In this document: positions 49,750 through 64,000 of the stretch, one piece after another | Layout: each line of letters begins with the position of its first letter | How positions within the stretch are numbered: position 1 is the first letter of the stretch | DNA from: Lobosporangium transversale | Taxonomy: Eukaryota | Reading direction: 5' to 3' | DNA length: 64,000 bases | Assembly: GCF_002105155.1 (NCBI RefSeq) | Contig: NW_019028992.1 | Span: forward strand, 62,001 to 126,000 | Translations under genes and position numbers: made by a program | The notes under the pieces: model-generated | Seen by the model: the letters and a program-made list of their open reading frames with translations, nothing else | Database searches by the model: none | Told to the model about the DNA's origin: nothing

Positions 49750-51591
49750 TTAGTACTGAATAGGAACTTGATGTTGTGATGTAATCAGCTGGCTTCGTTG
49801 GTGTTGCCTCTGCTTTTGCTGTGGTTGCTGCAATTGGGAATCAACCTGCTGATAGCCAAGTTGACGGGTCGATATTGAAGTAGGCTGTGTTGGCTGATCT
49901 CGATGCTGAGCAAGGGGATGCTCTTTCAGCAGTATCCCTGTCACAGCCGATTTCTCCTCTATTGACTGACCTGTCCAGAGATGATGTATATAATGAGCGT
50001 GCGATGCCATACTTTGAGGCAGAGTGATTCTGTATGGCTGTTGGAAACGTGATTGATGGATAGGATACGATGCCTGATACTGACCGCTCAAGATTGATAT
50101 GGGATATTTCGTCAAATCTTCGTTTCCATAGTCCTCAAAAATCCCTGTTGTATTCTCTGCATCTTCTAACGCCTGGCGGATGTCTTCTGGGATGACTGCC
50201 CAGATACTAGGATCATGGATCATGGGCGGTGGTGGTACTCCTGCTCTAATATTAACTTTCACAGACGTGTCAACAAGCGGTCCAATAGAATGAGGTGCAG
50301 AGAGTATAGCCCTCGTCGCTGTTGCCACTCCTGTATGTGCTGCTGATGACTGTTCATCCGGTCCTATGAATGCAGTAGAGGGCTGTCGCAATTGATCACT
50401 AATTTCTGCGGCTGTCCATGAGACCACTTGAACCTCACACTTGTTGGGTTGAAGTAATGTTGGGATCTGCTCAACATTAGTGTGAGGGTCCAAGAATTTA
50501 GGATTATCCTTTCGAAGATCTTTGAGACGCGTATTAAGCGCACGAACCGCCAATGCGCTCTCATACTGCCAATTAAGGTCCGTTATCACACGTGCTGAGT
50601 CATCACGCATGAGCTTGCGTTTCGATCCCCATGATTGCCCAGCTATCACTTCACTAGAGGACTGATGACTACCGCTTGCTAGATCTTCCCCCGCACGAGA
50701 TGCACCATCGCCTTCGAATTCATCCACAGCTTCATTTTCTCCTGCTCTAGATTCGTAATAATCATCCACACGACTCCTGCCGCCCTTGATGATTCTGGCA
50801 CCAAACGATTTGAAAATTGAACGCGCTGTGACGACCGCAATGAGCTTTGATTTGAAATTGGCCATGAGCATCCCGTTTTCAATCATCCACTGCCTCTCCT
50901 CTACAGTTGTGTTGACACGTACAAGCTGAGGATTTCGTAGGAAGAACAGATAGCTATCTCTGAACCCAAGAACACGTGCTGGATCCATGGATAACATATA
51001 GATCCTGTCTCCTCTATCTGGTAATTTGAAGCTCCTGCATCTGTATTGTCGGCCTAGGAAAGGATAGACGCCATATTTAGGATATTTAGAAAATAACGAT
51101 AATGATAATAATTATCGTTACTATTACAAAGTTTGAGCTTAAAAAAGATTACCTCCAAGGAGCTCGCCATTTTTTGTAATCTTGGTTTCGCCCGCTTCAT
51201 CAATCTCTCCCTCAATCTCCTCCAAGTCTGCTGGGGGCTCATCAGTATTTTCCTCACCACCGCTGTCATTTGCGCCACTTTCTTCATCGTTGTCATCTTT
51301 CTTGCTCTCATCGTCGTCACTTCCTTCATCTCCACCATTCTGTTCCTGGGACTCCTCGCCCACTGAGTGTCCTCCTGTACGGTCACTGGCCTTTCTAGAA
51401 CGAGACTTCGTAGGGACTGGACTGCTTTCATGGCCTTCCGAATCTGAGTCCTGTTTCTTAACAGAGGATGCCCTGGAGGAACGTGCTTCGCGTTTGACTG
51501 ATCCTTCACGCTTTACAGACGGCGTGGACGACGAGCTAGAGCCACGTGTAACAGAGCGACGACTTGCTGTTCCAGGCAAGGATGGTGCCAT
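49750..51591 (-). CDS. RSC7: Chromatin remodelling complex subunit Rsc7/Npl6/Swp82
   Basis: DEAGETKITKNGELLG|GRQYRCRSF..YMLSMDPARVLGFRDSYLFF..VTARSIFKSFGARIIKGG..DDYYE. Intron at ~51056-51151. Confidence 0.88.
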
Positions 51592-52063
51592 GATTACCTG
51601 TACAAACTAATCAGATTTTTCTTTAAGGTATTGCTGAAAAATATTATATGCCTTGCTTTGAACTAAAATTGTTTGAACGAATTGTCCTTGTTGAGATTCG
51701 TGGAGCCTAATGGTAAGAAATAATGAAGAGCAGGCATTTGAATGCAAATGCATCTAGTTACCTGATGCTTCAGGTAATAAGTAAACACAGAAGAGAGAAT
51801 GGAGCTGGTAAAAAGAGTAGTAAAAGATGGAGTAACGGGGATGAGTGTGAGTGTGTTGGAGAAGATCGATGCAGGATGTTATGCAGGATGTTTCCTTTTT
51901 TTTAGGTGATGCACGTGAGACATCTCAAATTGAAAAAAATATGTATGGTTGAATGGTATGTTTATATTGGTTTGTATTGGTAACAATTAATAGCATTTTC
52001 TGCTGGGTTAAAACTTTACAACTACTTCGGTTTCTTATCCTCCTTTGCCTACACACTAAACAC

Positions 52064-53468
<1,405 letters not shown>

Positions 53469-55217
53469 TCTGGATGACACGGAGGATTGATGATTGGTAT
53501 AAAAAAAAAAAGAAAAAAAAAAGAAAACGCAAGTTAGTGATACTGCATAGATTTACATCTTGATAAACAGACCAAGAAAAGGCCTATTCTTGTTCTAGCG
53601 CTGATACGCATTCTGTTTTCTGCTCTGTTCATAGCAGAACATGGTATGGAATGACACATGGTAGATAGACAAAAGAGAATTGAACGGCGTAGGCTGGATT
53701 GGGTTGGATTGAGTCGAAGTGGGTTGTGAACAGGATAGTTCTCAGCCAAGGTGGTGGCAAACCATGGGATCAAGTGCACAGGTGGACAATCCAGACAAAA
53801 GAATAACAGGATAAAATGTATATAAGCTTACTTTAATGTGATTAGATGGGGTAGTGGTAAATTAGAATTAAGTAAAGAAGTAAAGGCTAGAGAAAGAGAT
53901 GAGAGTGAGTTGTGGAGAGATGAGAAATGAGAAAGAAAGAAAAAAAAAAAAAGATGGAAAGATGGGGGATTATATATACTGAGGAGTGTACGACAGACGA
54001 CACAACTTTGATTAAATCATTGAATAATGAATTGAATAGATTTATATTAATAGTACAGAGGCAGAAACAATGGCTGGTCTATGGTTTCTTGATTTGTTTT
54101 GCTTTCCCACCTGCCTCGTTGTTTGCTTTGCTCTTTACTTTTTTTATTTGGCGAGTATCTCAAATAAAAAACGTAAAACCGTTGTTCATTTTCTGGGATC
54201 CTGCAGGTCAAGTCTGTTAATTCTATATTTAAATGTTTCCAGTGTAAAAAATAAAAGAAAAAAAATAGAAATCCATTTCAATGGCATGTTTTTAAGGCTC
54301 ATGCTCTAACTTTTATTTTTTTTTTTTTATACAAATGGCTCTGATCTCGCTCACTTGCGATCTTTCGCTCTCTTTTGAATGGTAACCCGCATGCTATTTC
54401 TGAACTCTGGATCTGGTTGATATTAATACACAGTATTAACATGACCACGCCATACGACTCTTTATAAAAAAAGCTCCTCTTTCTTTCTTTTTTTATTATT
54501 TTTTAGTGTGTGTCTTGGCTACGATAATTGTTTTCAACTAGACGCGTATTTTCACAAACGACACGACACCTTCATTGATCATACCAGAGCTATCTTTGCT
54601 GTTCAAGGAGTAAGATGTAGGCTCCGAATGATCTCTTTATGCCCGCTCTGTTCCTATACATGTAGAAAAAGTCAGAATGCACGCGACCTGGGAAGGAGCT
54701 GGAATAATACCACTGCATCCCTCTTAGGCTCGAGTTGACAGCTTTGATACAACGCGTGCTTTATTCATCTTATTAAATGAGCTTATTCAATCCCCTTGTT
54801 CTTTCACCAGCACTCGTCTGAACAAAATAGCCATGCGATATTGTCCAAAAGCGTCACTACTTTTAAAGCAATTTGATTCGTCAACATCGGATATGCCACT
54901 AAGGTTCATTTCGCCACTTTCAATAATATGAAATGAAACAGAACAACCAGCACATTCTGCACATGTTCCCCCCTTTTTTTGATGTAGCCCAGTTGCATGC
55001 ATTCTATGGTTCACCAACTTGCAAAAAAAAAAGTAGAATAGTTGAATTTTCACAAGAAGCCACACGCACTGATGAATATCTATAATTTTTTCCTAGAACT
55101 GGTAAGAACCAGTATTTGGTTCCTTTTCTCCTATATCTCTGATTCAATTAAGGAGCAGGATACTGAATTGGTGCTTTTCTTGAACTGATTCTGGCTACTA
55201 ACCTTGATTGCTGCATG

Positions 55218-55557
55218 TGTCTAGCCGTTAATCATTCTTCGATAGCTCTCAAGCTGAATATTAGTGGCGCTATTTTAGTGGCATCTTAGAGGGCTAAGAT
55301 GTTTGCCTTGGTCATGAATGTCTATTTCCTACTAACATCAACACTTGTATCCTATTGAGGAATCCACGATTAAGGCAAAGAACGGATTCCTCACTGTATA
55401 GCATGTTGTCAGATAGATGAAAAATAATTCATCTTAGACTCAAATGACCCAACGGTGACCTCTGCTCCAGGAACTCGAGCTGTATTAGGAGCAGAACATC
55501 CGGCAACCACCTTGGATGTTAACGCTGTTACAAATATCGGAAGGACCATTGATGACG
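55218..55557 (+). repeat. 340-bp direct repeat, copy A
   Basis: Essentially identical to 61477-61816 at a constant offset of 6259. Confidence 0.95.
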
Positions 55558-56449
55558 ATAGAGGCAGTTCATACGAAGTCTGATGGGACTCTTGTATTAG
55601 GGACATTCCCACTAAGGGAATCGTCAGTGTTAACCTGCTAAAGTTCATCAAACGGGTGAATTATCCGGGTCTATAAAAAAAAAGAGAGATTTTGAACAGC
55701 AGGTCACAATTCCCAGGGTTATCGCCTTGTTAATTACAGTACCACAAACAGCGTCAGAAATGAAGCGACACTATTGAGTAGGTGCGCTAGAATTCCAGAA
55801 CAAGGCAAGAACTACAATCATGGTGGAGATATAATCTCAGAAACACTACCTCTTTGGCAGTTTCAACCAAAGATATCAAGGAGCCAACTGCTGATGACAT
55901 CAACAATAAGATTAACGACAAATAAATCTATGGCCAAAAATTTCCTGAACCTGAACTAACCAGCGCAAGATCGTGCCCATGACTTTAAGCAAAGTCCCTT
56001 TTTTATACTTTCTGAAGTTGATCCTGTGGGGCAATAATACAGTCAAACATCATCCATAGGGATTCGTCCAAATTAATTTCAGCGACGTTAGTTCCTAGAA
56101 AGGCACCCTGATATGGCTCGCGAGAAAGTCTCCCAGTTTTCTCATCACGATTTTGTTGGCTTTCAAATTCGGAGAACCGTCTTCCGACTAGGTTCTATGT
56201 CCCAGAATCCCATCGACTCTTGGCGAAATCGACCATCACCTTTCAAAGATGCACAGTATTATTAGGCCGATGTGCAGAGACTTTAGAGCTGCCTTTAAGG
56301 TCTTAGGGTTAGAACTGGGGGGCAAAATCACGTGCTTAGCGCATTGCAAATGTTCAGTATACAAATAAAGTTTCATACAAACATGGACTGTTGAACAAGG
56401 CTCTTTAGTTATAACTTCACCATCCTTGCCACCCCTTTCTATATTCCAT

Positions 56450-58438
56450 TCAAAGCTTAGCCATGATAGGCTCCTGCAAAAGCACCCGAAGTTCCCTCCG
56501 GAGGATCTTGCCTGCTGCAGACTTGGGGATTACCTCAATAAAGCGGACACCGCCACGCAGCTTCTTATGTGCTGCGACGTTCGAGGCCACATAGTCTTGG
56601 ATATCCTTTTCTGTTAAGGCTTGGCCTTCACCAGGTGCTTTCACTACAAATGCAAGAGGCACTTCTGTTGCTTGCTCCTTGTTCTCGATACCACTAACTG
56701 CTGCATCTATAATCAGCGGATGATCCAACAATAAAGCTTCCAGCTCTGCAGGCGCCACCTGGAACCCTTTATACTTGATAAGCTCCTTCAGACGGTCTAC
56801 AATGAAAAAGTTCCCATCCATATCCACAGTAGCAATATCTCCAGTGTGTAGCCATCCCTCAGAGTCGATTGTGTCCTTGGTCGCTTTGACATTGTTGCGA
56901 TAGCCCTTCATGACGTTTGGTCCACGTACCCAAATTTCTCCGCGCTCTCCTACCCCGACATCTTTTCCCGTCTCAGGATCTATCAATCGAATCTCTTGAT
57001 TAGGTAACACATGTCCAACGGTGCCATGAATAGCCCTGTTATATAGTCCTAGGTGCGAGACAGAGGACAACTCTGACATCCCATACCCTTGGCGAAGCTG
57101 GATTTTGGGGAACTTCTTTAAGAGAGTCATGCTCAATTCACGCGAGCAAGGAGCAGCACCAGACGTGATAAAACGGAGGCTTGAGAGATCATACTGATCG
57201 ACAATAGGTGCTTTCACCAGCATAAGAATCTGAGGTGGTACCAAGTTGAGAGACACGACTGAAATATCAAATTTAATAGGTTTGTAGAATATCAAAAGCC
57301 AGCCCGTTATCCAAATAAATTGAGGAAAAATAAGAAAACTTACTCTTGTATTCCTGAATAGCTTTCAGGAAGTCAACTGGATTAAACTTTTGAAGGACAA
57401 CGGTCTTGACGCCCTGTATAACAAGGAATACCAACAAAGATATGATGTAGATGTAAAGAAAAAGCATGGCTTTAGGATGGGTGTTTGAATTGTTATATCC
57501 TCCACTTATTGAATTGGTCCCTGATATCTCATTATCCTTGTAACTAAACTCACAATAAACTATACTTACATTATAGACACCATGTATGATGTGGAATTGA
57601 ATACCATAACTAACGTAGATTCCAATCGACACCCCTCATTTTTGTCAGTAATGGCTCGTAAACAGTAACACGCATGACTCTTTTCTATTTAACAAGATAG
57701 AGGTTGACTCCTCGCTTACACGTGATACATCGGTACTACTGCCAAGGCGGTGACTTTCAGCATGTCGATACCTCTCTCTACCGATGCGATTTGCATGATA
57801 TTGGAAATCAGGTTAAAGTGCGTCAATTCTACGCCTTTGCTCTTACCAGTGGTGCCACTGGAGTAGCAAATCACTGCAATGCTTTCAATAGCAGCCTGGC
57901 CGTTCAGATCCTCCACAGGGGCCAACAGGTCCTCAGCTATGTTTTCTGGAGGGAAGGTAGCACTATAAGGTTTGAAGCCATCGACTTCTTTGTTGCCGTA
58001 CAAAAAGACCTTACTGAGGGGAAGGCCAACCTTCTTGGCTCCCTCAATAGCCACAGGAAGTAGTTCAGGGTGTGTGACAATGACCGACGCATCTGAGTCC
58101 TTGAGCTGGAAAGCCAGCTCATCTGCAGTGTAGGCTGAATTGACAGTGGTGGCGATACCTCCAAGAAGGATTGGGCCAAACATAGTGATGGAGTAGTCGA
58201 CTTGGTTGAATGAAAAGAGTGCCACGACATCGCCACGCTTGAAGCCAAGAGACTGGAGACCAGTGGCCCAACGGCGGGTATCACGCTTCCACTCGCCGAA
58301 AGTGATGACTCTCTTTGTCAGAGCATCTGTAAGGATTGGATGCGAATCCTTCATGCTGTTTGGGTTGGAGACAGCAAAGGAATAAGCATTGGTCTGAGGG
58401 ATGACTTGGTCTGGAATAGGAGATTGGTAGATAGCCAT
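56450..58438 (-). CDS. 4-coumarate:CoA ligase/luciferase-like acyl-CoA synthetase, peroxisomal (copy 2)
   Basis: Same motifs, intron positions and -AKL PTS1 as 37355-39353. Confidence 0.93.
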
Positions 58439-58804
58439 GGCTGGTATATTAGATTTGATTTGAATATCACTAATGAAAGAGAGAAAGGTAAGGAAATAAA
58501 TAGGAATGTTGTCCAGTGTTCAAGTGAAGGTCGAGAGACAAAGAAAAAGGAAGATAAAATGAGGCAATCAATGTCTGAGGAAGCGGAGGTTCTTCTTAGT
58601 TTAGGTAGAACAGTGATACAAACATTCAAGTTTCAATGGGTTTGAAATATGCGCTTGTTGTATCTATACAACGGCACAACAAGGCTTGCACCAAATCAGC
58701 TCAAGAGTGAACAAAGAAAATAATGTCAAATATATAACAGGCACTGTAGAATGTTATACCCAGGCTGATTCTATGCTTGCTTGCAAACTACATATTCTGG
58801 CAAC

Positions 58805-60672
58805 CTCGCCAAAAAGTCATAAACTGAATCTGAAAATAAAAATTTATGTATGAGACAGAAATCTATATACTTTTTGAATAGAATGAATTAATTGGATGCC
58901 ATGGCCACTAAATCAATTCAATCGTCGTTTTTAATTAAAAATATCAATTTGCTAGGAATGGACACCATCATTCTCGATCTCATTTTTCAATCTCATCGCC
59001 TTTTGATATCAGTAGCCTACCCTCATACAATGGCCTAGGTGATTGGTATAGCAAAGGAAATATTGACAAACGATTTCAGGTACACCTCCACTCCACCTCG
59101 AAGATCGCCACAACCGCCCACTGAAGCCGATCTCACCCCATTAGGTCTCCTATCGAATATCAATGGATTACTCCTCCTAGAAACGAGTCAAGGGGTTCTC
59201 CCTCATTAAAGCAATTCGGTGAGCGTCCCAAAACCCTCAATTTTAATCCATTTTTGTCAAACGAACAGATTGGAGAGAAAAAAAAGGCATTTACACGCAG
59301 TAAAGCGCCCGTTACTCAAGACGAATACGCGATGTTAGCTCATACGTATAATGCTATAATGAATGCACTGCCAGCAGTCTATGATTGGTTTAAGAAGACA
59401 GATAACAGAGCGAAGGAGCTATCGATTCTGATAGATAAAGGGAGAAATACTTGTGTGACAGTAATTAAATATGTACAAACAAGCTTGGACGAGTCTTACA
59501 GCCATATTGACTACGCTGCAGTAAGAGGTTGAGCGCAAAGTGGCGGTGGTGCCATAAACGATGCAGGAAGCAAACTAATCATGGTTATATTCGCAACATT
59601 CGTTGTATACTATGATGAAGTCGCTAGAAGGGTTGAAGGCAAAGTCGTTAAGGATAGCATGTATGTATGCCTATCAAAAGGACCAAATCCTTAATCAAAA
59701 AAAGGTCAAGAGTAAGGGGTTGAACTATGAGATGATGTGCCTGAGGAGATCAGGAATGCAGCGGTCGTGGCAACAGATCACGGTTATCATGGAAACGTCA
59801 ACGCTAGTTTGTTCGTTAGTATTTTTAAGCGACTTTGTGAAAATCTCAATAAGATGGAACTCGTGCCTTGTAAACTCTATCTTGATGGTGCTTCATATCA
59901 CTTTCACAAGAAAAACAAAAGACCAACCAGGAGCGACACTGTAAAAACCATAAAGAGTGGCTTACGGACAAGGACATTGTTATTCCAACAGGGGGAAATG
60001 TGAAAGCACTGAATATAGACGAGCTTATGGGATTGGTTAATGCTCTTCCTGACGAGTCGTACTTCTCTATCATTAAAATAGCCCAGGAGAACGGTGGACA
60101 TGAAATCCTCAAGACTCCACCCTACCGTTGCGAGCTACAACCTATTGAGAAGATCTGGGCCGTAATGAAAAACATAATCGCTTCGAAGGCAACGGTGACA
60201 ATGACATCCATCTTGCTGAAGGGAAGGCCACTAAGCTTGTTTTGCCAGAGTCCGTGTAAAGTCTTTTACTCTGTATGGAAGAACTTGGTGAGAATTGGTA
60301 TGAGGTACTATAAAGAGAGGAGTTGGGTACAGGAAGAAATAGCCGAGGAGGTTTATCAAGAGGTCTTTGATGAGGAAGAGCCTATTGTGGACCTTAATGA
60401 CACTTTCAAAGTCGACATCAGTAAGTGGGATGCAGAACTCCTTAGAGTAGTAAACCAAGAACAAGCTGAGGCTGTTATCCTTGGTCCTTAGATGGTGGAT
60501 CTTACGCTAAATACTGGAAGCATGTTTAATGTGGTAGAGGATAGCAGAAAACGCTTCTGTTAAAATTAAATTTTGAGTTTGTACGTGTTTTCTTTGCATC
60601 TAAAAATGGAAGTATTCTATTCAATTTAAAAGCATGAAAAATATATCCAGTTTATGACTTTTTGCGAAGACT
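58805..60672 (+). mobile_element. Degenerate IS630/Tc1/mariner DNA transposon with TIRs and long DDxE spacing
   Basis: Perfect 17-bp inverted repeat CAAAAAGTCATAAACTG (58810-58826 / 60648-60664) and inner IR TTGAATAGAAT (58874-58884 / 60614-60624). Transposase fragments VVYYDE, YHGNVN, LYLDGASYH and GHEILKTPPYRCELQPIEKIW, with frameshifts. Confidence 0.85.
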
Positions 60673-61476
60673 CTAGTCGTATTGGTCATCAGGAACGACT
60701 CAGTTCCTTACATGTGCCATCATATCCGCATCCTCTGACATAATTTCTTCAAACAACAGAGAAATGTAGCAAATAGCGTTGCTAAATGCTTGCATGTGGT
60801 ATTATCAGTCCATCTTGATCATCGGACTTGCCCTGCAAGTTGCTGTTTCCTACATGTAAATAGTAGTAGTAGCCATTTACGCCGGGGAACATAGACTTCA
60901 TTGCATCGGTTTGCAATGAGCTGCAATCCACCGTGAACTTGGAGTTTTGGATTCAAAAATTCAGCTGCTTTAATTGGAAGACCCTGGCCCTGAAATAACA
61001 ATATAATCTATATTGGCTCACTTTATGAACAATGAGTATGCCTTTCTTTATCTGCTCTTTTCTCAGGAAGATGAAAAGGTGTACCCATTTCCTGCATCAT
61101 GTCTCAAGGATTTACATATGTTGTGCGTGGAGTCTAAGCAGGTTATCAATCCGTTATCTGACACAATCTGCCATAAGTAGTAGAGTAGTAGTATCATGAT
61201 GATGCACAAAGATGGAGAACTCGCAGACCATAAGTGACCCTACCTGCAACTGGAACTTTGGGCATCAGGGGATAAAGTAGTCCAGTTTTTAAATCTCCCC
61301 CACCCAGCACTCAACACTCTTGGCCACATCGTTGCCCTTTGTATTGCTTTTTGTAGCTGCGATTAAACTTAAAACTTCGCTGTAAGCTTATTGCCACGCA
61401 ATACTGTGTCCTGAACATTGCTTTCCTTAAGCTGCAAGCATTTCCACACTGATGTGTCTACACTCTCAGAAGACGT

Positions 61477-61816
61477 TGTCTAGCCGATAGTCATTCTTCG
61501 ATAGCTCTCAAGCTGAATATTAGTGGCGCTATTTTAGTGGCATCTTAGAGGGCTAAGATGTTTGCCTTGGTCATGAATGTCTATTTCCTACTAACATCAA
61601 CACTTGTATCCTATTGAGGAATCCACGATTAAGGCAAAGAACGGATTCCTCACTGTATAGCATGTTGTCAGATAGATGAAAAATAATTCATCTTAGACTC
61701 AAATGACCCAACGGTGACCTCTGCTCCAGGAACTCGAGCTGTATTAGGAGCAGAACATCCGGCAACCACCTTGGATGTTAACGCTGTTACAAATATCGGA
61801 AGGACCATTGATGACG
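61477..61816 (+). repeat. 340-bp direct repeat, copy B
   Basis: Essentially identical to 55218-55557. Confidence 0.95.
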
Positions 61817-62934
61817 CTCCGCGACGCTACAGGGTGTGCTCCAGATGGCCCTGGACAATGTAGCCAGTATAGCAATTGATAGAAAACGAAATTGTCAACA
61901 CTTGGACGTGGCTCTGTTCTTATCCTTTTTATCACAGGAAGTATTCGTAAAAAAATTTGTATATATCGAGGGTTTACATCAGCTTAATTGGAAAAGTGTT
62001 CATTTTTCGTTTTCGCCATTAAAATGTAAAGAACGACTTTATGTTTATTAACACAATGGCTATAATGAATTCTTTTCTAAGTCATGCACATTGCAGGGGA
62101 GCGGCCCGCTTTTATTCTTTTATCTCAGTCGTTTTTGCTGTGGGAGAAAAGAAGTAGAGCACTATACCATGATATGTCCATCATATACCTACCTCCATTC
62201 CTTAAAAAGAGGAACCGTGTACGGCGTGTACGACAGAAGTATCCACCATTCAGGCTAACGGAATGCCTGATGAAAACACATGATTTCAATAGTCCGTTAT
62301 AAAAGAAACCTTAATGTGCTCAATTTAGATAGAAGAGCCATTAAGACAAGGAAGAAGATGCATCGGATTATTCAGGGAAGGAAATTGGTTTGTAAAGTTG
62401 AACCTGCCTGGATAGAAAAAGGCACCCGTGATCCACTTTATCAGATCCTCACCTTTTATTTTACGCCCAGCAAAGTTGGTCTCAGGCAATAAAACAAACA
62501 AACAAACCATCTGATAAAGAATAAAGTAATGCTCATACACCTATTCAGATAACAGCTATTACTCATTGCATTCATTTCCCACAAACAAATCGCTAAGCTA
62601 AATAAAAAAAAAATCAACTGTTTTCCCACTTTTAAAAGCGCGGCGGTCTTTTCTTTTCTTCTCTTTTCTTCTCTTTTTTTTTTTTTCTTTACTCTCTCCT
62701 CCTTCTGTCATTGCTATCCTTTAATTTTTTGATCATTATAACGCCTACAGCCAAAAGACACGGGATTATTGGTAATCTTCCTACCCGCTTTGCTGTTGTG
62801 TCCGTCCCTTCTTTTCATATTGGTTCAGCCCATCAACTTTTTCATCACTGACTGCTCTGCCACTTCCATCAGCCTGTCCTTTCTCATTATCTCATGCCTC
62901 ACACCCGAACAACTACGTCAGTGTATTGTAGATT

Positions 62935-64000
62935 ATGAGGTTCCAAACAATCGCATTGGCCTCTGTGCTTGTCTTCACACTCTTCCTCCTTGTTGACTTT
63001 CGGCTAACATGGATGACAAGTACAGGTATTCGTGAACTCTATTACTACAACAAACGAGATCTGTATTTTATACTCTTGTTTGTCACGCCCGCATTTGTCA
63101 GCCACATCATCACCATTTGGGGGCATTATTATAAGGCAGATGTTCTCTTTCAAAAGAGCATTGCCAAGGTCTCGACAGCTGCACCCAAAAAACGTAAAGG
63201 GATCTCGAAATGGGATAAACATGACCCATGGCTTGGATACACAGGCCGCTACTGGGCGCTCGTCGCTCTGGCCTTTGTCTTGAACTTGATGTGGTTCATT
63301 CAACCCATAGCAGTGTATTTACCGGGAGGTGTCAAGTTTTTGGGGCTCTATGGTGCAATCACTGGTAAGATTGATGGTATTTTCACATCCTTTGAGCGAT
63401 TATTATTTTAAAAAACTGCTCAGCTGATTTGGAGGAATGTCTATTTCATCTTTTGCTTTCTGCCAAATGGGGATGACTCAATCTCTGATTAGCATATGTT
63501 GCATTTGGCAGTGGATACGCTGCGATGGGGTGCTGTGGCATGCTGCTACTCTTAATTCTCAGGCGATCAATGCTTCAGGCCCTTGGGTTTACTTATGCAG
63601 ATCTATTACCGATGCATCGAGGAATGGGTCTTCTCTTTGTCTTTTGGAGTGTCCTTCACACTATGTGCTATATCCTCTACTACATACACATCAACCATTT
63701 CTGGGAAAACTTCAACTTTGATGGCAATACGCGTGGACCGCAGAATCTTTTTGCCCTTGCAGCTTTGGTGAGTAACGAAGGCTAACGCTTATTGTCTGCA
63801 ACTTCATGTCATCGGTGTTCTGTTTTGTAGTGCATGTAATGAGCATGAGCTTCACACTGAAAAGGAAGGAGGTTTTTTGTTTTGTAGGCATCATTACTAG
63901 GTCTGGCGGTCACCGCGCTAGAGTGCGTCCGAAGGAACTGCTACCTGCTCTTTATCACGGCTCATCGCGTATTCACAGTTATCACCTTTGTGGGCACACT
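62935..64000 (+). CDS. Ferric reductase-like transmembrane protein (truncated by the window end)
   Basis: Hydrophobic exons with heme-ligand histidines: LILRRSML...LLPMHRGMG..WSVLH and TALECVRRNCYLLFITAHR. Confidence 0.8.

Noticed and set aside
55440..55590. Peptide VLGAEHPATT in the 340-bp repeat, resembling TPR/kinesin-light-chain repeats
   Set aside because: A single short motif flanked by stops; insufficient evidence.

Overview
Intron-rich, AT-rich eukaryotic genomic DNA with long A/T homopolymers and short GT-AG introns. The gene set and low-complexity proteins suggest an early-diverging fungus, probably Mortierellaceae/Mucoromycota (inference). Conserved genes: a polyQ SAP-domain protein (truncated at the left edge), PRP39, a snapin-like BLOC-1 subunit, PSD2, a reticulon, PPN1, a BTB protein, a DHA2 MFS pump, a Bni4/Phactr-like PP1 regulator, RSC7/NPL6, actin and a ferric reductase (truncated at the right edge). 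Accessory content: two mosaic peroxisomal 4CL/luciferase-like acyl-CoA ligase paralogs 19 kb apart, a broken pogo-type transposase beside an intact PD-(D/E)xK-like gene, a TIR-bounded long-spacing IS630/Tc1 relic, a hAT relic and a 340-bp direct repeat. The most unusual signal is the 774-nt PRP39 intron. It holds about 400 nt of highly structured sequence: a box C/D-like unit, a competing hairpin and a hairpin-sequestered cryptic acceptor leading to a premature stop. Other candidates are a microexon gene resembling an alphaproteobacterial family, an Arf pseudo-GTPase and an APH-like pseudokinase. Exon boundaries were read by eye and no database searches were run.
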